A stretch of DNA of 64,000 nt from Chitinophagaceae bacterium (GCA_035533815.1 DATLTB010000113.1:21081-85080), one strand, 5' to 3'. Shown: positions 17,012 to 27,420, numbered from the stretch's first letter. The notes: generated by a model not told the origin, from the letters alone. Made by a program: numbers and translations.

Positions 17012-19465
17012 TTATTTTTTGATCCGGTTTTCCTCCTCCTGAATACCGGTATGCATGGTCGCAGGGGCCTTGGGGTTTTTCTTTCCGAAATGCCAGGTTA
17101 GGGTCAGGTTAGCCCTGGTGAAGCTCCACCTTTCCGATAAGTATAGGTTCATCACCCCATAATTTGCACTGAGCCGGTTATACCAGGAATTAAAAATATC
17201 ATTCACATTGAGCTTCAGATCGGCCTTGTGATGCCATAAAGATTTTTCCAGTCCCGCATCCATTTCATACTGAGATTTTATCCGGAATACCCCATAGGCA
17301 AGCGGGGATTGGTACCTCATAGATAGTTCTGCTTTCCAATTACCCGGCAGCTTAATACTGTTATCCGCATTGGCATCCAGGGAGGCTTGCGCATTGTTGA
17401 GGTTCCCCCCCAGGAAGTCCCGGGCAATGAACTGCATGTAAAAAGCATCCAGGCTGAGATTGACCGTCCACCATTTGCTGAGGTCCAGCGGTGCGCTGAA
17501 TGACAGGTCCCACACATTGCGGGCTGTCAGATTAACCCGGATCGCCTTGGTTATTTTGCCCGTAGAATCCACAGGCTGGGTGGTCTGTACCATGGGATCC
17601 CGGGTATGGCTATAAGACAGGGAGGTGGAATAGATTCCTTTGAAAATATGGGTAATTGAAAAATTATTGGTGTATTGCGGATTAAGGAACGGGTTGCCCT
17701 GCTGATAGGTGTATTGATCCAGGAAAAAAAGGAAGGGATTGAGGTCCTGGTAATCAGGCCGGTCAATCCGCCTGCTGTAGGAAAAGGTAAGCTGATTGGA
17801 TGAGGATAACTTCCGGGAAACAAATGCCGTCGGAAACAGGTCCAGGTAGCTCCGGTTGACCACCTGCCCCGTCGTGAGTGAATTACCCATGGAACGGGTC
17901 TGTTCGGCCCTCAGGCCCAGCTGAATGCTCATCCGGGAAAAATCCCGGTGTACATTGATATAAGCTGCATTGATATTTTCGTTGTACACAAAGTGATTGG
18001 TCAGCGAATTATCCTTCAGCCAGGTTCCCAAAGCCAGTGAATCAAATAACAGGTTGTTGTCCGTGGATACCCAGCTGGTTTTCCAGCCTGCTTCGAATTT
18101 TCCTTTGCCAAAAATGGGCTGGGAATAGTCCATCCGGGCAGATCGGATGATGATTGTGGATGGCGCATTGCTTCGCAGGTAAACGGGTTGTTCCGAGGGA
18201 TTTCCTGCCTGGTCATAATAATAATTGTTGATCTGCTGAACCTGAAGACTGCCAAAATCTGAATAATCCAGGTCTATTTCCAATTCCCTGCCGCTGGTGT
18301 CAAATGCCCGTTTATAGCTGGCATCATAGGTGATGCTGTTATAGCGGTTCCTGTATAAGCTGGAGACATACAGGCTGGAATCTGTCAACCCCTGACTATC
18401 CTGGATATCTGTACCGTTTCCCACACTGGTATGCACCAGGTTATTGAAGCCGGTGACCATAAAACCGAAGCTATTCCGTTTATCCAGACTGATATCCATA
18501 CCCAGCTTCCAATCCTGATCCAGTTCCCGGTTAATGATGAGCGAATGCTGCTGAAATATGGATGCTGTTTTTCCGGCATTGACCCAGCGGGTCAGGTTCA
18601 GCCAATCGGGTCTGTCGGACCAGCTGGCATTATAATTACCATAGATATTGAACTTCCCCGCCATTTCATTCAGATTGATCCCCGAATTATACCCGGGAAA
18701 ACCTCCGAAGGCAATACCCGTGGAAGTCCCGGCCATCACGCTTCCATTGAATCCCGCCTCTGAATTCTTTTTCAACTGGATATTGATAATGCCGGCACTG
18801 CCAGCCGCATCGTATTTAGCGGGAGGATTGGTCATTAGGACAATCTGGTTTATTGACCCGGACGGCATGTTGTTCAGCATACTGGCCAGATCGGCAGCGG
18901 AAAGATAACTGAGCTTGCCGTCAATCATGACCTGGACTCCCTGTTTACCCTGCAGGGATATATTTCCATCCTTATCCACATATACTCCCGGAACCTTTCG
19001 CAATACATCCATTGCCGTTTCCCCGGAGCTGACAATACTGTTGGCTACATGGATAATGGTCCTGTCCAGCCGGTGCTCAATAAATGGTTTTGTGGCCGTT
19101 ATATTCACCCCTTGGAGCAATTTTCCTTTGATTGGCAAAACGAGGGCCGGAAGAACCCTGTTTGTTGCTACAGGGTTCACCCGGAAAACCCGGCTGTACA
19201 CACGCTGGTATCCGATGGCTGTAACGGAAATCAGGTAAGCGCCGGCGGGAATCTCCTGAAAATGGTAGATTCCGGCAGAATCCGTGATATCTCCGGACAC
19301 AAAAGAGGAATCCCCTGACTTTAGGAGATTGACAGTGGCATAGGGAACAGGACTCCCCCCAGGATCTGTCACTTTGCCGGTGATTTTGTGAGATATTCCT
19401 CCATTTGCTAAAATGGACTGACCGAAAAAAACAGCTGATGCCATAAAAGTATGCCATACACTCAT
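17012..19465 (-). CDS. TonB-dependent-receptor-like outer membrane beta-barrel protein (CarboxypepD_reg + plug + barrel), paralog 1
   Basis: 817 aa. It has a KITGKVTD..G.PVPYATVNLL carboxypeptidase-regulatory-like domain and a plug (DVLRKVPGVYVDKDGNISLQGKQGVQVMIDGK..., AAGSAGIINIQLKKN). It also has the conserved RRIDRPDYQDLNPF motif, shared with the neighbouring paralog. Confidence 0.85.
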   Translation of the reverse strand: MSVWHTFMASAVFFGQSILANGGISHKITGKVTDPGGSPVPYATVNLLKSGDSSFVSGDITDSAGIYHFQEIPAGAYLISVTAIGYQRVYSRVFRVNPVATNRVLPALVLPIKGKLLQGVNITATKPFIEHRLDRTIIHVANSIVSSGETAMDVLRKVPGVYVDKDGNISLQGKQGVQVMIDGKLSYLSAADLASMLNNMPSGSINQIVLMTNPPAKYDAAGSAGIINIQLKKNSEAGFNGSVMAGTSTGIAFGGFPGYNSGINLNEMAGKFNIYGNYNASWSDRPDWLNLTRWVNAGKTASIFQQHSLIINRELDQDWKLGMDISLDKRNSFGFMVTGFNNLVHTSVGNGTDIQDSQGLTDSSLYVSSLYRNRYNSITYDASYKRAFDTSGRELEIDLDYSDFGSLQVQQINNYYYDQAGNPSEQPVYLRSNAPSTIIIRSARMDYSQPIFGKGKFEAGWKTSWVSTDNNLLFDSLALGTWLKDNSLTNHFVYNENINAAYINVHRDFSRMSIQLGLRAEQTRSMGNSLTTGQVVNRSYLDLFPTAFVSRKLSSSNQLTFSYSRRIDRPDYQDLNPFLFFLDQYTYQQGNPFLNPQYTNNFSITHIFKGIYSTSLSYSHTRDPMVQTTQPVDSTGKITKAIRVNLTARNVWDLSFSAPLDLSKWWTVNLSLDAFYMQFIARDFLGGNLNNAQASLDANADNSIKLPGNWKAELSMRYQSPLAYGVFRIKSQYEMDAGLEKSLWHHKADLKLNVNDIFNSWYNRLSANYGVMNLYLSERWSFTRANLTLTWHFGKKNPKAPATMHTGIQEEENRIKK

Positions 19466-19618
19466 GAGGAAGGATTATTAAAGATTAATCTATTGACGAT
19501 AAATAGCCTCATTATGTTACATGGTTCTTAAGGCTCCAGCAGGGCCAGATGTCGGCACAAAAAGAGTACCTCCCAAACCGGATCCCCTCGACCAGCTGGC
19601 AGGTACAGCAGGTACAGA

Positions 19619-22084
19619 TTAATGTTTTATCCGGGATTGCTCGGCATCAATGGATGATCGGTGTCTTTGTACCTGGTTAATTTTACCTTTCGAAAAATGG
19701 TAGGTGAAACTCAAATTGACCATCCGGCTATCCCAGTGATTATTCACAAAAACATGAATATTCTGATAATTCATATTCCCGGTGAAATGCTGGGTATCGA
19801 AAATATCATTGACATTCAGTTTGATGGTACCCCGCTTATTCAGGATCGATTTCTCCATTCCGCCGGAAATCTCATACCTGGGTTCGCCGGTCAATAGTCC
19901 CTCCACCGCTGCGGATTGGTAATATCCGCTCAGTTCAAGGGAATAACCTTTAGGCAGGGTAAAGGTATTGGTGCTGTTGAACATCCAACTTAACATGCCG
20001 TCCTGAAAAGGGGTGCCCAGGTATATGCCCTGGTACAGGTTATCAAATATATTCAGGTAATCATTGGTCATCCACCACCTGGTAATACCCAGATTGGCTG
20101 AGATCGCCAGACCCACATGGGTAAGTGAAGCCAGGTTATCTTTGGTCTGGTAGGTTATTTTAGAAGAATCGACCTGGTTTAGCACGTTGGATATGACATT
20201 CCTGGTCCGGGAATAGTTCAGGGTGGTGTTCAGTATTCCCTGATAGGAATGGGTAAGTTCAATGGAATTGGTGAGCTGGGGTTGCAGGAAAGGGTTGCCC
20301 ACCTCGTAAGTATAGGGATCCAGGTAATACCGGAATGGGTTGAGATCCTGATAATCGGGTCGGTCGATCCTCCTGGCATAGGAAAATCCTACCGTATTGT
20401 CCTTATTTAATTTCCTGGACAAATAAATCGTGGGGAAAAGCTGGATGTAATTCCGGCTGACGGTGGAATCAATGGTAAATTGCTGCCCTCTGGAAATGGT
20501 TTGTTCCCCGCGAAGGCCTATCTGCAGGCTGTACCCTTTGGAAAAGGTTTTACTGAAATTGATATAGGCTGCATTGATGTTTTCGGTGTACTTGAAATGG
20601 TTGGTTGCCGAATCAAATAACCAGGCTCCGTTATCCTGGTAAAAATATTGCACGTTGTTATCCGAGGTCACGAAACTGGTTTTCAGTCCGGCTTCCAGCT
20701 TAGCCTGGCGCCCCAGGGGATGGGTGAAATCAATTTTGGCGGTATGGATGCTGATTAATGAAGGGAGCGTGCCTTTCCGGATCTCTGGGTTGAGCATCCC
20801 TGCCAATTTTTCCATATTTCCCAATGAATCAAAAGTATTGGTCAAAAACTGCTGTTGGTTAAGGTTATTGAACCGGGAATAAGCCATATCTGCATCCAGT
20901 TCCGTACCTGAAGTATCGAGTTTCCCCTGGTAATTCAGGTCATAGGTGATATTACTCCAGCGGTCCTGGGATTGGTTATGGGTCAGAGCCTGGGATTGCA
21001 GCGATCCATCCGGATTTTCTATGAGGGTATTGGAATTCGTATTCACTTCTTCCGGGTTGATCACCGCATTGACCATGACCCCGATGGTATTTTGCTTATT
21101 GAGGAAGTAATCCACCCCGGCTTTCAGGTCATGATTTTCAGATGGATTCCGGTTGATGGAAGTCTGGATGAACTTAGCACTGAGCGATCCGGAAGGACCA
21201 TCATTGAAATCCCGGATCAGGTCCAGCTGATTATACCAGACTTGCCGGGAAAAATCATAGTTGCCATATACATTGAATTTCCCGCTCCTATAGTTCAGAT
21301 TGGCTCCCCCATTTTCCCGGTTGTAGATGCCCTGACCATACCCAGCCGTGATGCTGCCATTCCATCCCCGCATTTTATTTTTCCGGGTGATGATATTAAT
21401 GATCCCGGCATTACCGGCCGCATCATATTTGGCTGAAGGCTGAGTCATCAATTCTATTCGGGCGATGGAAGAAGCATTCATGGTCTTGAGCATATTGACT
21501 ACCTGCTGCTGGGAAAGATAGGTCTGCCGCCCATCAATCATGATCAATACCCCGGCTTTTCCATTGAGGCTGATCTGGTCATTATTATCTACGGAAACCC
21601 CCGGTGATTTTTTGAGGATCTCCAGGGCATTGCTCCCCGCACTGACAATGCTGTTTTCCACATTCACAATGGTCTTGTCCGCCTGGTACTCCACGAATGG
21701 TTTCTGACTGGTAATGTTCACCCCTCTAAGGGTCCGGCTATTATCCTCCAGCACCAGGATGATACTAGCCCCGGCAGAATCCCCTTTCCACAAAAAAACC
21801 GGACTATATTTGGTGGAATAGCCAAGTTCTGAAGCTTTCAGCAGGTATTTCCCGGGTGGAAGACCAGGTATGGAAAATTGGCCCTCCTTTCCCGTGGCTG
21901 TTCCTTTTATCAGGGAAGAATCCCTGGCCTGGAGGATCATTACTGTGGCAAATGGAATCCCCTGACCGCCCCCGTCTACAATTTGCCCATTAACCTCCTG
22001 ATTACGCTTAATTTGTCCCCTGGCCTGGCCAAATGGGAAATAAATCAGCAAGGATGAAATACAAATTAATAAAATACGCTTCAT
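19619..22084 (-). CDS. TonB-dependent-receptor-like outer membrane beta-barrel protein, paralog 2
   Basis: 821 aa with the same architecture as 17012-19465. It is collinear in sequence, for example SYARRIDRPDYQDLNPFRYYLDPYTYEVGNPFLQPQ versus SYSRRIDRPDYQDLNPFLFFLDQYTYQQGNPFLNPQ. It has a signal peptide. Confidence 0.85.
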   Translation of the reverse strand: MKRILLICISSLLIYFPFGQARGQIKRNQEVNGQIVDGGGQGIPFATVMILQARDSSLIKGTATGKEGQFSIPGLPPGKYLLKASELGYSTKYSPVFLWKGDSAGASIILVLEDNSRTLRGVNITSQKPFVEYQADKTIVNVENSIVSAGSNALEILKKSPGVSVDNNDQISLNGKAGVLIMIDGRQTYLSQQQVVNMLKTMNASSIARIELMTQPSAKYDAAGNAGIINIITRKNKMRGWNGSITAGYGQGIYNRENGGANLNYRSGKFNVYGNYDFSRQVWYNQLDLIRDFNDGPSGSLSAKFIQTSINRNPSENHDLKAGVDYFLNKQNTIGVMVNAVINPEEVNTNSNTLIENPDGSLQSQALTHNQSQDRWSNITYDLNYQGKLDTSGTELDADMAYSRFNNLNQQQFLTNTFDSLGNMEKLAGMLNPEIRKGTLPSLISIHTAKIDFTHPLGRQAKLEAGLKTSFVTSDNNVQYFYQDNGAWLFDSATNHFKYTENINAAYINFSKTFSKGYSLQIGLRGEQTISRGQQFTIDSTVSRNYIQLFPTIYLSRKLNKDNTVGFSYARRIDRPDYQDLNPFRYYLDPYTYEVGNPFLQPQLTNSIELTHSYQGILNTTLNYSRTRNVISNVLNQVDSSKITYQTKDNLASLTHVGLAISANLGITRWWMTNDYLNIFDNLYQGIYLGTPFQDGMLSWMFNSTNTFTLPKGYSLELSGYYQSAAVEGLLTGEPRYEISGGMEKSILNKRGTIKLNVNDIFDTQHFTGNMNYQNIHVFVNNHWDSRMVNLSFTYHFSKGKINQVQRHRSSIDAEQSRIKH

Positions 22085-22307
22085 CTTAAATATTGTTTAT
22101 AAGATAATTAAACATTTTACAGAACTAAGCATCAATAATTACAGGGCTAAAGTAAGTAGTATATTATGCATAGAACTAACACATACACAAACGGTAGCTA
22201 TCCCAGGATAAGCGGCAAATCTGATTAAGGAATAATGGGAAGCAGGAAAGAGGGACTGATCATTCCCGGAAGGAATGAAGAGGGATCAGCATGAACCAGG
22301 CATATAG

Positions 22308-22757
22308 TCAGGTGATGACCAGGGTAGTCTGGGAGATGGTTACGGTATACCTCGGCAGGCCCACAGGAGCAGGCCCCTGAAGTACCTGTCCGCCGAGGCT
22401 GAATATGCTTCCATGACAGGGGCAATAAAACTCCTGTACACTGGAATCAAAAATCACGAGGCATCCCTGATGGGTACAAATGCCGCTGACGGCGATAAAA
22501 GAGCTGGCAAGATTTCCAGCGGCTACCCGGATCACGAAAATATTGTTCTTCTGGATCATATCCCAGATATTCAACAAATCTGCATTGAGGTCAAGGGTAA
22601 AAATGGCATTGTTGTTCGTATTCGATCCCTGACCCTGGGAATGTTGCCCGGAATTCGGTAACGGATCCATTCCGGTTTTGATACATCCGGCCAGACATGC
22701 CGCGCAGATTGCAGCAGCCGAGGCGCCTAATCCGGTAATGAATACCCTTCTTTGCAT
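22308..22757 (-). CDS. Rieske [2Fe-2S] domain protein, predicted Tat-exported lipoprotein
   Basis: 149 aa. Rieske boxes CTHQGC and CPCHGS are present. The N-terminus has a twin-arginine motif followed by a lipobox: MQRRVFITGLGASAAAICAACLAGC. Confidence 0.85.
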   Translation of the reverse strand: MQRRVFITGLGASAAAICAACLAGCIKTGMDPLPNSGQHSQGQGSNTNNNAIFTLDLNADLLNIWDMIQKNNIFVIRVAAGNLASSFIAVSGICTHQGCLVIFDSSVQEFYCPCHGSIFSLGGQVLQGPAPVGLPRYTVTISQTTLVIT

Positions 22758-23256
22758 GAATATAAAATTTGAAAATACAATTTCCCATTAAATAACGGAA
22801 TTCCTGTAAAAACGTTGCTTTCATCAAATTGATAATACAACAAAAAATAATAATCCCTTTTAAAATGGATTTCATTTTTATCATCCCGGTGATCACATCA
22901 GCTCCCCTCCCCATAAAGCAAAGGTCCCCTCTTGAATGCAGTCCCGGAAACAAAAGCTGATGGGATTGGCAGAATAATGGCAGGGGATGTCGCGAAAGTA
23001 GTTTTAGCCAATGTGCCGGTGGCTATGAATTTATTGACCCCGCGATCAATTTTATTTCCGGATATACCTGGACTACCGGTGCATCCGTGGTGATGGGTGA
23101 TGACTTCAGCCTGTTCTTAAAGGCTTATCCGGTGCTGGTTTTCACATCCTTAATACATGCTTTATCCTGGATTCAAGGAAATTTTTTTAGAAATTATTTG
23201 AAAGGAACTTATTTCCATAGTAATGAACTTTAAAGCAAACCCATGAATCCCCATGT

Positions 23257-24573
23257 TCAGGAACTGGGTTGCCCTTTTTCTGCCGGTGGCTGGCTAAGGG
23301 GGGGCGGATTACGACGTAAATACCAGATCAGCACCAGGCCGGTGAGCACCAACACTGGCGAAATGATTTCTGCCTGGGTAGGTGAGATGCCAAAAAAGTG
23401 ATACCGGTTATTTACCCGGATGGTCTCTATCAGGAATCGCTCCATTCCCGCCATGATCAGATAAATCCCAAATATAACTCCGGGTATACGGATTTTTTTT
23501 CGGATCCTCCAAAGAATGGCAAACAGGATGAGGCACATAGTCAGTTCATATAGTGGAGTTGGAAATACCCCTACTGGAAGCACATTGCAATGGACCCCCA
23601 AACATCCGGGAATGGGTATTCCATTACTATTGATATTATTGGGATAGTTATACGCAAACAGCCAATCAGGTAAAAAACTCAGAAAATGAGGTTTGATAAA
23701 GGAAGCATGCGGCATTTTATCCGGATTACCATACATCTCCGTGAAATAAGCCTTGTTTTGGATCAGGGTTTGCTTAAACTGGCTGGGGGTGGCCCGGACT
23801 ATTTTCCCGGCGGAATTAGTGATATAGGCACTATTGAATATTCCCCAGTCCCCATCCCCTGCCATATGGCAGCCGATCCTGCCCATCCCGTATCCAAGCA
23901 ACACTGCTGGTGCTGCACTATCCATTATATGCCAGCCACTGATCTTGCGACGGTTCGCATACCAGATCACCGCCGCAAATCCAAATATCAGTCCTCCAAA
24001 AAAGGTCAGGCCGCTGAAGGAAAAAAAACTTCCAGCTGGGTCGGCCATATAAGATTTCCAATTCTCGAAACCATCAAAAAGCTTGGCACCTATTAGTCCG
24101 GAAATTGCAGCAACTACGGTAAAATCCCCAACCCGCTGGTGGGGATAAACCAGGTATGTTTCCTGTTTCGGTTCAGGGAGTAAGGCTTTTTTCTTTTCCA
24201 GATACCGGAGATATGCCGATACGCCCCCCAGCAATAGTCCGCCCACCACACTTCCCCTTGCAGAGAGTAAAAAAGATTGCGGATTGGCTGAAAAAGCAGT
24301 CCAGTTCATTACGGCATCGATAAGCTTGTAACCAATCAGGAATCCCACCAATCCATGGATCAGCAGCTCATCTATCCGGGCCGGCTTGCCAACGATCCGG
24401 GTTTCAGGCGTTGGTTTTAACCAGCCCAGGGCTTCCCTGCGCTTCAGTTCACTGATCAGCACCCAGGCTGCGGCCAGAAAGGCAATGGCCACAAAAAATC
24501 CAAATGTTTGAATGGGTAGCTTCCAACTGATACCAAAAAGGCCTTTCAGTAAATCCGAAATAGTAGGATACAT
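23257..24573 (-). CDS. lgt: Prolipoprotein diacylglyceryl transferase family protein (long Bacteroidota form)
   Basis: 438-aa polytopic membrane protein. The N-terminus [15 protein letters not shown]...[16 protein letters not shown] and the motif [14 protein letters not shown] resemble the Bacteroidota Lgt signature (GR.GN...G). Confidence 0.7.
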   Translation of the reverse strand: MYPTISDLLKGLFGISWKLPIQTFGFFVAIAFLAAAWVLISELKRREALGWLKPTPETRIVGKPARIDELLIHGLVGFLIGYKLIDAVMNWTAFSANPQSFLLSARGSVVGGLLLGGVSAYLRYLEKKKALLPEPKQETYLVYPHQRVGDFTVVAAISGLIGAKLFDGFENWKSYMADPAGSFFSFSGLTFFGGLIFGFAAVIWYANRRKISGWHIMDSAAPAVLLGYGMGRIGCHMAGDGDWGIFNSAYITNSAGKIVRATPSQFKQTLIQNKAYFTEMYGNPDKMPHASFIKPHFLSFLPDWLFAYNYPNNINSNGIPIPGCLGVHCNVLPVGVFPTPLYELTMCLILFAILWRIRKKIRIPGVIFGIYLIMAGMERFLIETIRVNNRYHFFGISPTQAEIISPVLVLTGLVLIWYLRRNPPPLSQPPAEKGQPSS

Positions 24574-24728
24574 ATGGTGCTTTAATGATTAACGGTCAGG
24601 CGTACCGCGACCGTAAAATAGCTTGATCATCATTCTCCTGGCTGTTAAAGTTTTCTTAACGGCTGGAAAATCTACCAAACAAATAAAACCCATTACTGAA
24701 GTTGTTGCATTTCCGCCCAAAGTGGCCT

Positions 24729-25142
24729 TTAGCAATATTGCCTAAAGGCATCTTTCAGATTATCTGCAATCATAAAGGCGGGTCTTCCTTCAATCATATG
24801 CCTTTCAATGAAATGAACCAGTTTGCCATCCTTGAAAAGGGCAATGGAAGGGGAAGACGGTGGATAGGGTAAGAGATGGGTTCTCAGGCGGTTCACTGCA
24901 TCGGTATCAAAACCTGCAAAACAGGTAGCCAGGTGATCCGGATGTTTACCGGACTGATCAATCGCCATGACCACTCCGGGCCGGGCTGAACCTGCCGAAC
25001 ATCCGCAAACCGAATTGACCATCACCAGGATAGTCCCCTTGCGGGCCAGGGCTTCATCCACTTCCCCCGCAGTAAGTAATTCTTCAAATCCGTGTGCTGT
25101 CAGCTCCGCCTTCATCGGCATGACTAATGTTGCTGGATACAT
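24729..25142 (-). CDS. BrxA/BrxB-family bacilliredoxin (DUF1094/YphP-like thiol-disulfide oxidoreductase)
   Basis: 137 aa. It reads MYP..LV.PMKAELT..GFEELLTA.EVD and has the CGC redox motif in VNSVCGCSAG. The C-terminus reads FKDGKLVHFIERH.IEG. Confidence 0.8.
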   Translation of the reverse strand: MYPATLVMPMKAELTAHGFEELLTAGEVDEALARKGTILVMVNSVCGCSAGSARPGVVMAIDQSGKHPDHLATCFAGFDTDAVNRLRTHLLPYPPSSPSIALFKDGKLVHFIERHMIEGRPAFMIADNLKDAFRQYC

Positions 25143-25357
25143 TGCTTTTTTTATACAAAGTTAAGATATAATGGATTACCGGATGAAGAGATTAAAAAAC
25201 CGATTATATGACATTTAGTCAAAATAAATTAATGAATACGCCATAATGACGTGCTATGATTAAAGTGTAAGCCATTTTTTCTGAAAAAATAGCCTGGTCC
25301 TTCATTTGTTTATTACCTGTTGTTCACAATCTGGTTTAACGATAAAAATTAATAATC

Positions 25358-25828
25358 ATGAAAATGACTGTATTAAAAAGAGCAAACGGGCAACCTGTGG
25401 TTGCTGGGCCATTGGCTGGTTGGTTTGATAACCTGTTCACTCAGCATCCCCTGGATCAGCTATTCCAGGACAGTTTTCCGGAAGAATGGGCTGGATTTAG
25501 CGCAAATCCCCCCGTTAATATCCAGGAGATCACGGATGGATATGTACTTGAACTTGCAGCCCCCGGACTGGAAAAGACAGATTTTCAAATCAATCTGGAA
25601 GGAGATCTGCTGACCATTTCAGCTGAAAAAAAGGAAGAAAAGACTGCAGATCAGTCAAATTCCGTACGCCGGGAATTCAACTTTAAATCCTTCAAGCGTT
25701 CCTTTACGCTGGATGAAAAGGTAGATGCTGGACGTATTGCAGCCAGCTATGAAAATGGCGTACTCAAACTGACCCTTCCTAAAAAGGATAAACCTGCCGA
25801 ATCCGGTAAGACTATCCCGGTAGCCTAA
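25358..25828 (+). CDS. Hsp20/alpha-crystallin family small heat-shock protein
   Basis: The alpha-crystallin domain reads PPVNIQEITDGYVLELAAPGLEKTDFQINLEGDLLTISAEKK...ASYENGVLKLTLPKK. Confidence 0.92.
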   Translation: MKMTVLKRANGQPVVAGPLAGWFDNLFTQHPLDQLFQDSFPEEWAGFSANPPVNIQEITDGYVLELAAPGLEKTDFQINLEGDLLTISAEKKEEKTADQSNSVRREFNFKSFKRSFTLDEKVDAGRIAASYENGVLKLTLPKKDKPAESGKTIPVA

Positions 25829-25856
25829 GGGTTAAACAAAAATGATCCAAGACTAA

Positions 25857-25886
25857 GACCAAGCCTCCCTCAGGGGAGGCTTGGTC
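25857..25886. terminator. Bidirectional hairpin terminator between convergent hsp20 and arginine decarboxylase genes
   Basis: GACCAAGCCTCCC-TCAG-GGGAGGCTTGGTC is a perfect 13-bp stem. It lies between the stops at 25828 (+) and 25907 (-). Confidence 0.7.
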
Positions 25887-25906
25887 ATTTCAGTCCTATT
25901 TCATCC

Positions 25907-27307
25907 TCAGTAACCCAGGATCCGGAGCATGCTCTGGTAGCTCTGTTCCTTGGCATATAACCAGTCCTTCAGTTGCCCGTTGCGGTCATAGCCCACCAGC
26001 ACATGTTTTGGGGCGGGAATTAGGCAATGTTTGATCCCGCCATATCCGCTTAGCTGATCCTGATATGCTCCGGTATGAAAAAATCCTACATACAGGGGTT
26101 CACCGTTCTGCAATTTAGGCAGGAATACCTGGTTAATATGTTCTTCTGAAGTATAAAAATCATGGCTGTCACAGGTTAAACCTCCCAGGTTGACCTGCTG
26201 ATATTCCGTGTCCCATTTATTGATCGGGAGCATGAGGAACTTTTCTCCGATCCCCCAGGTATCCGGGAGGGTGGTGATAAAAGAACTGTCGATCATATAC
26301 CAGATTTCCCGGTCATTCTGGAGCTTTTCCCGAAGCACACTATAAATCATGGCCCCGCTTTCCCCCACGGTATAAGATCCGAATTCCGTATAGATATCAG
26401 GCATGGGCACCCGGTCCTTTTTGCAGGCTTTCTTGATGGACAGGACAATCTGGTTGACCATATAATCATAATCGTATTCGAATCCCAGGGAGTGCTTTAT
26501 CGGGAAGCCCCCGCCGATATTGATTGAATCCAGTTCAGGGCAGATCTTTTTAAGCTTGCAGTAAATACTCAGCACCTTATTCAGTTCGCTCCAGTAATAA
26601 ATATCATCCTTAATTCCCTTGTTCAGGAAAAAATGCACCATCTTGAGCTGGAATTTCCGGTTTCCCTTCACCTTATCCACGTAAAAATCAAGGATATCCC
26701 TGGACCTGATGCCCAACCTGGAGGTGTAAAAATCAAAAGCAGGCTCTTCTTCTGAGGCAATCCGGATGCCCAGGTTCACCGGTTCGTCGCTGGTCCGCAC
26801 CATTTTCATATAATCCTCGATCTCTTTCTTGTTATCCAGGACGGGAATCACATTACGGAAGCCCGCATTGATGAGCCGGGAAATGTTCCTCGCATAATTC
26901 TTGGTTTTAAACCCATTGCAAACCACAAAGGTATCCTTGGTCAGTTTTTTCTTGGCGTAAAGCTTTTTGATGATTTCAATGTCATAGGCATAGGAGGTCT
27001 CCAGATGAACCCCAAATCGCAAAGCTTCTTCTACAATAAAGGAAAAATGGGAACTCTTGGTGCAATAGCAGTAATAGTATTTCCCGTCATACCGGTGCTT
27101 TTTGATCGCCTCCTGGAACATCTTCTTGGCCCTGGTGATCTGGTGGCCGATCCTTGGCAGGTAGGTCAGTTTGAAGGGGGTCCCGTATTTGTCAATGAGG
27201 GCCTTCAGGTCCAGTCCGTTGAAATGCAGGTAATTATCCTTGACATCAAATCCTTCCTGGGGAAATTCAAAGGTTTGATTGACCAGGTCGGTGTAGGTAC
27301 TGTTCAT
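25907..27307 (-). CDS. speA: Arginine decarboxylase-like type III (alanine-racemase-fold) PLP-dependent decarboxylase
   Basis: 466 aa. The Orn/DAP/Arg decarboxylase motifs INIGGGFPI and GGLTCDSHD are present. The length and N-terminus (..YGTPFKLTYLPRI) fit the Bacteroidota-type arginine decarboxylase. The substrate is inferred, not shown. Confidence 0.7.
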   Translation of the reverse strand: MNSTYTDLVNQTFEFPQEGFDVKDNYLHFNGLDLKALIDKYGTPFKLTYLPRIGHQITRAKKMFQEAIKKHRYDGKYYYCYCTKSSHFSFIVEEALRFGVHLETSYAYDIEIIKKLYAKKKLTKDTFVVCNGFKTKNYARNISRLINAGFRNVIPVLDNKKEIEDYMKMVRTSDEPVNLGIRIASEEEPAFDFYTSRLGIRSRDILDFYVDKVKGNRKFQLKMVHFFLNKGIKDDIYYWSELNKVLSIYCKLKKICPELDSINIGGGFPIKHSLGFEYDYDYMVNQIVLSIKKACKKDRVPMPDIYTEFGSYTVGESGAMIYSVLREKLQNDREIWYMIDSSFITTLPDTWGIGEKFLMLPINKWDTEYQQVNLGGLTCDSHDFYTSEEHINQVFLPKLQNGEPLYVGFFHTGAYQDQLSGYGGIKHCLIPAPKHVLVGYDRNGQLKDWLYAKEQSYQSMLRILGY

Positions 27308-27420
27308 TCAGGTGCATCAATGATTCCGGTGAGCAATTTGGTTTCAACAGCAACAAACCGGGTAAATTCAAATAAGCCCTGCACCCCGGCTTTCAGGGGA
27401 GCAAAAATAAGGATTAGTTA

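Noticed and set aside
19599-19616. Tandem 9-mer GCAGGTACA GCAGGTACA at the 3' end of the second outer-membrane barrel gene
   Set aside because: There are only two copies, lying in the intergenic spacer immediately 3' of the stop codon (19619-19621), with no further periodicity. It is too short to call a functional repeat.
22591-22953. 120-aa minus-strand ORF overlapping the start of the Rieske gene
   Set aside because: It is out of frame with, and overlaps, a gene that has a clear Tat/lipobox N-terminus. It has no motifs and its Cys/Ile-rich N-terminus looks like translated AT-rich spacer.
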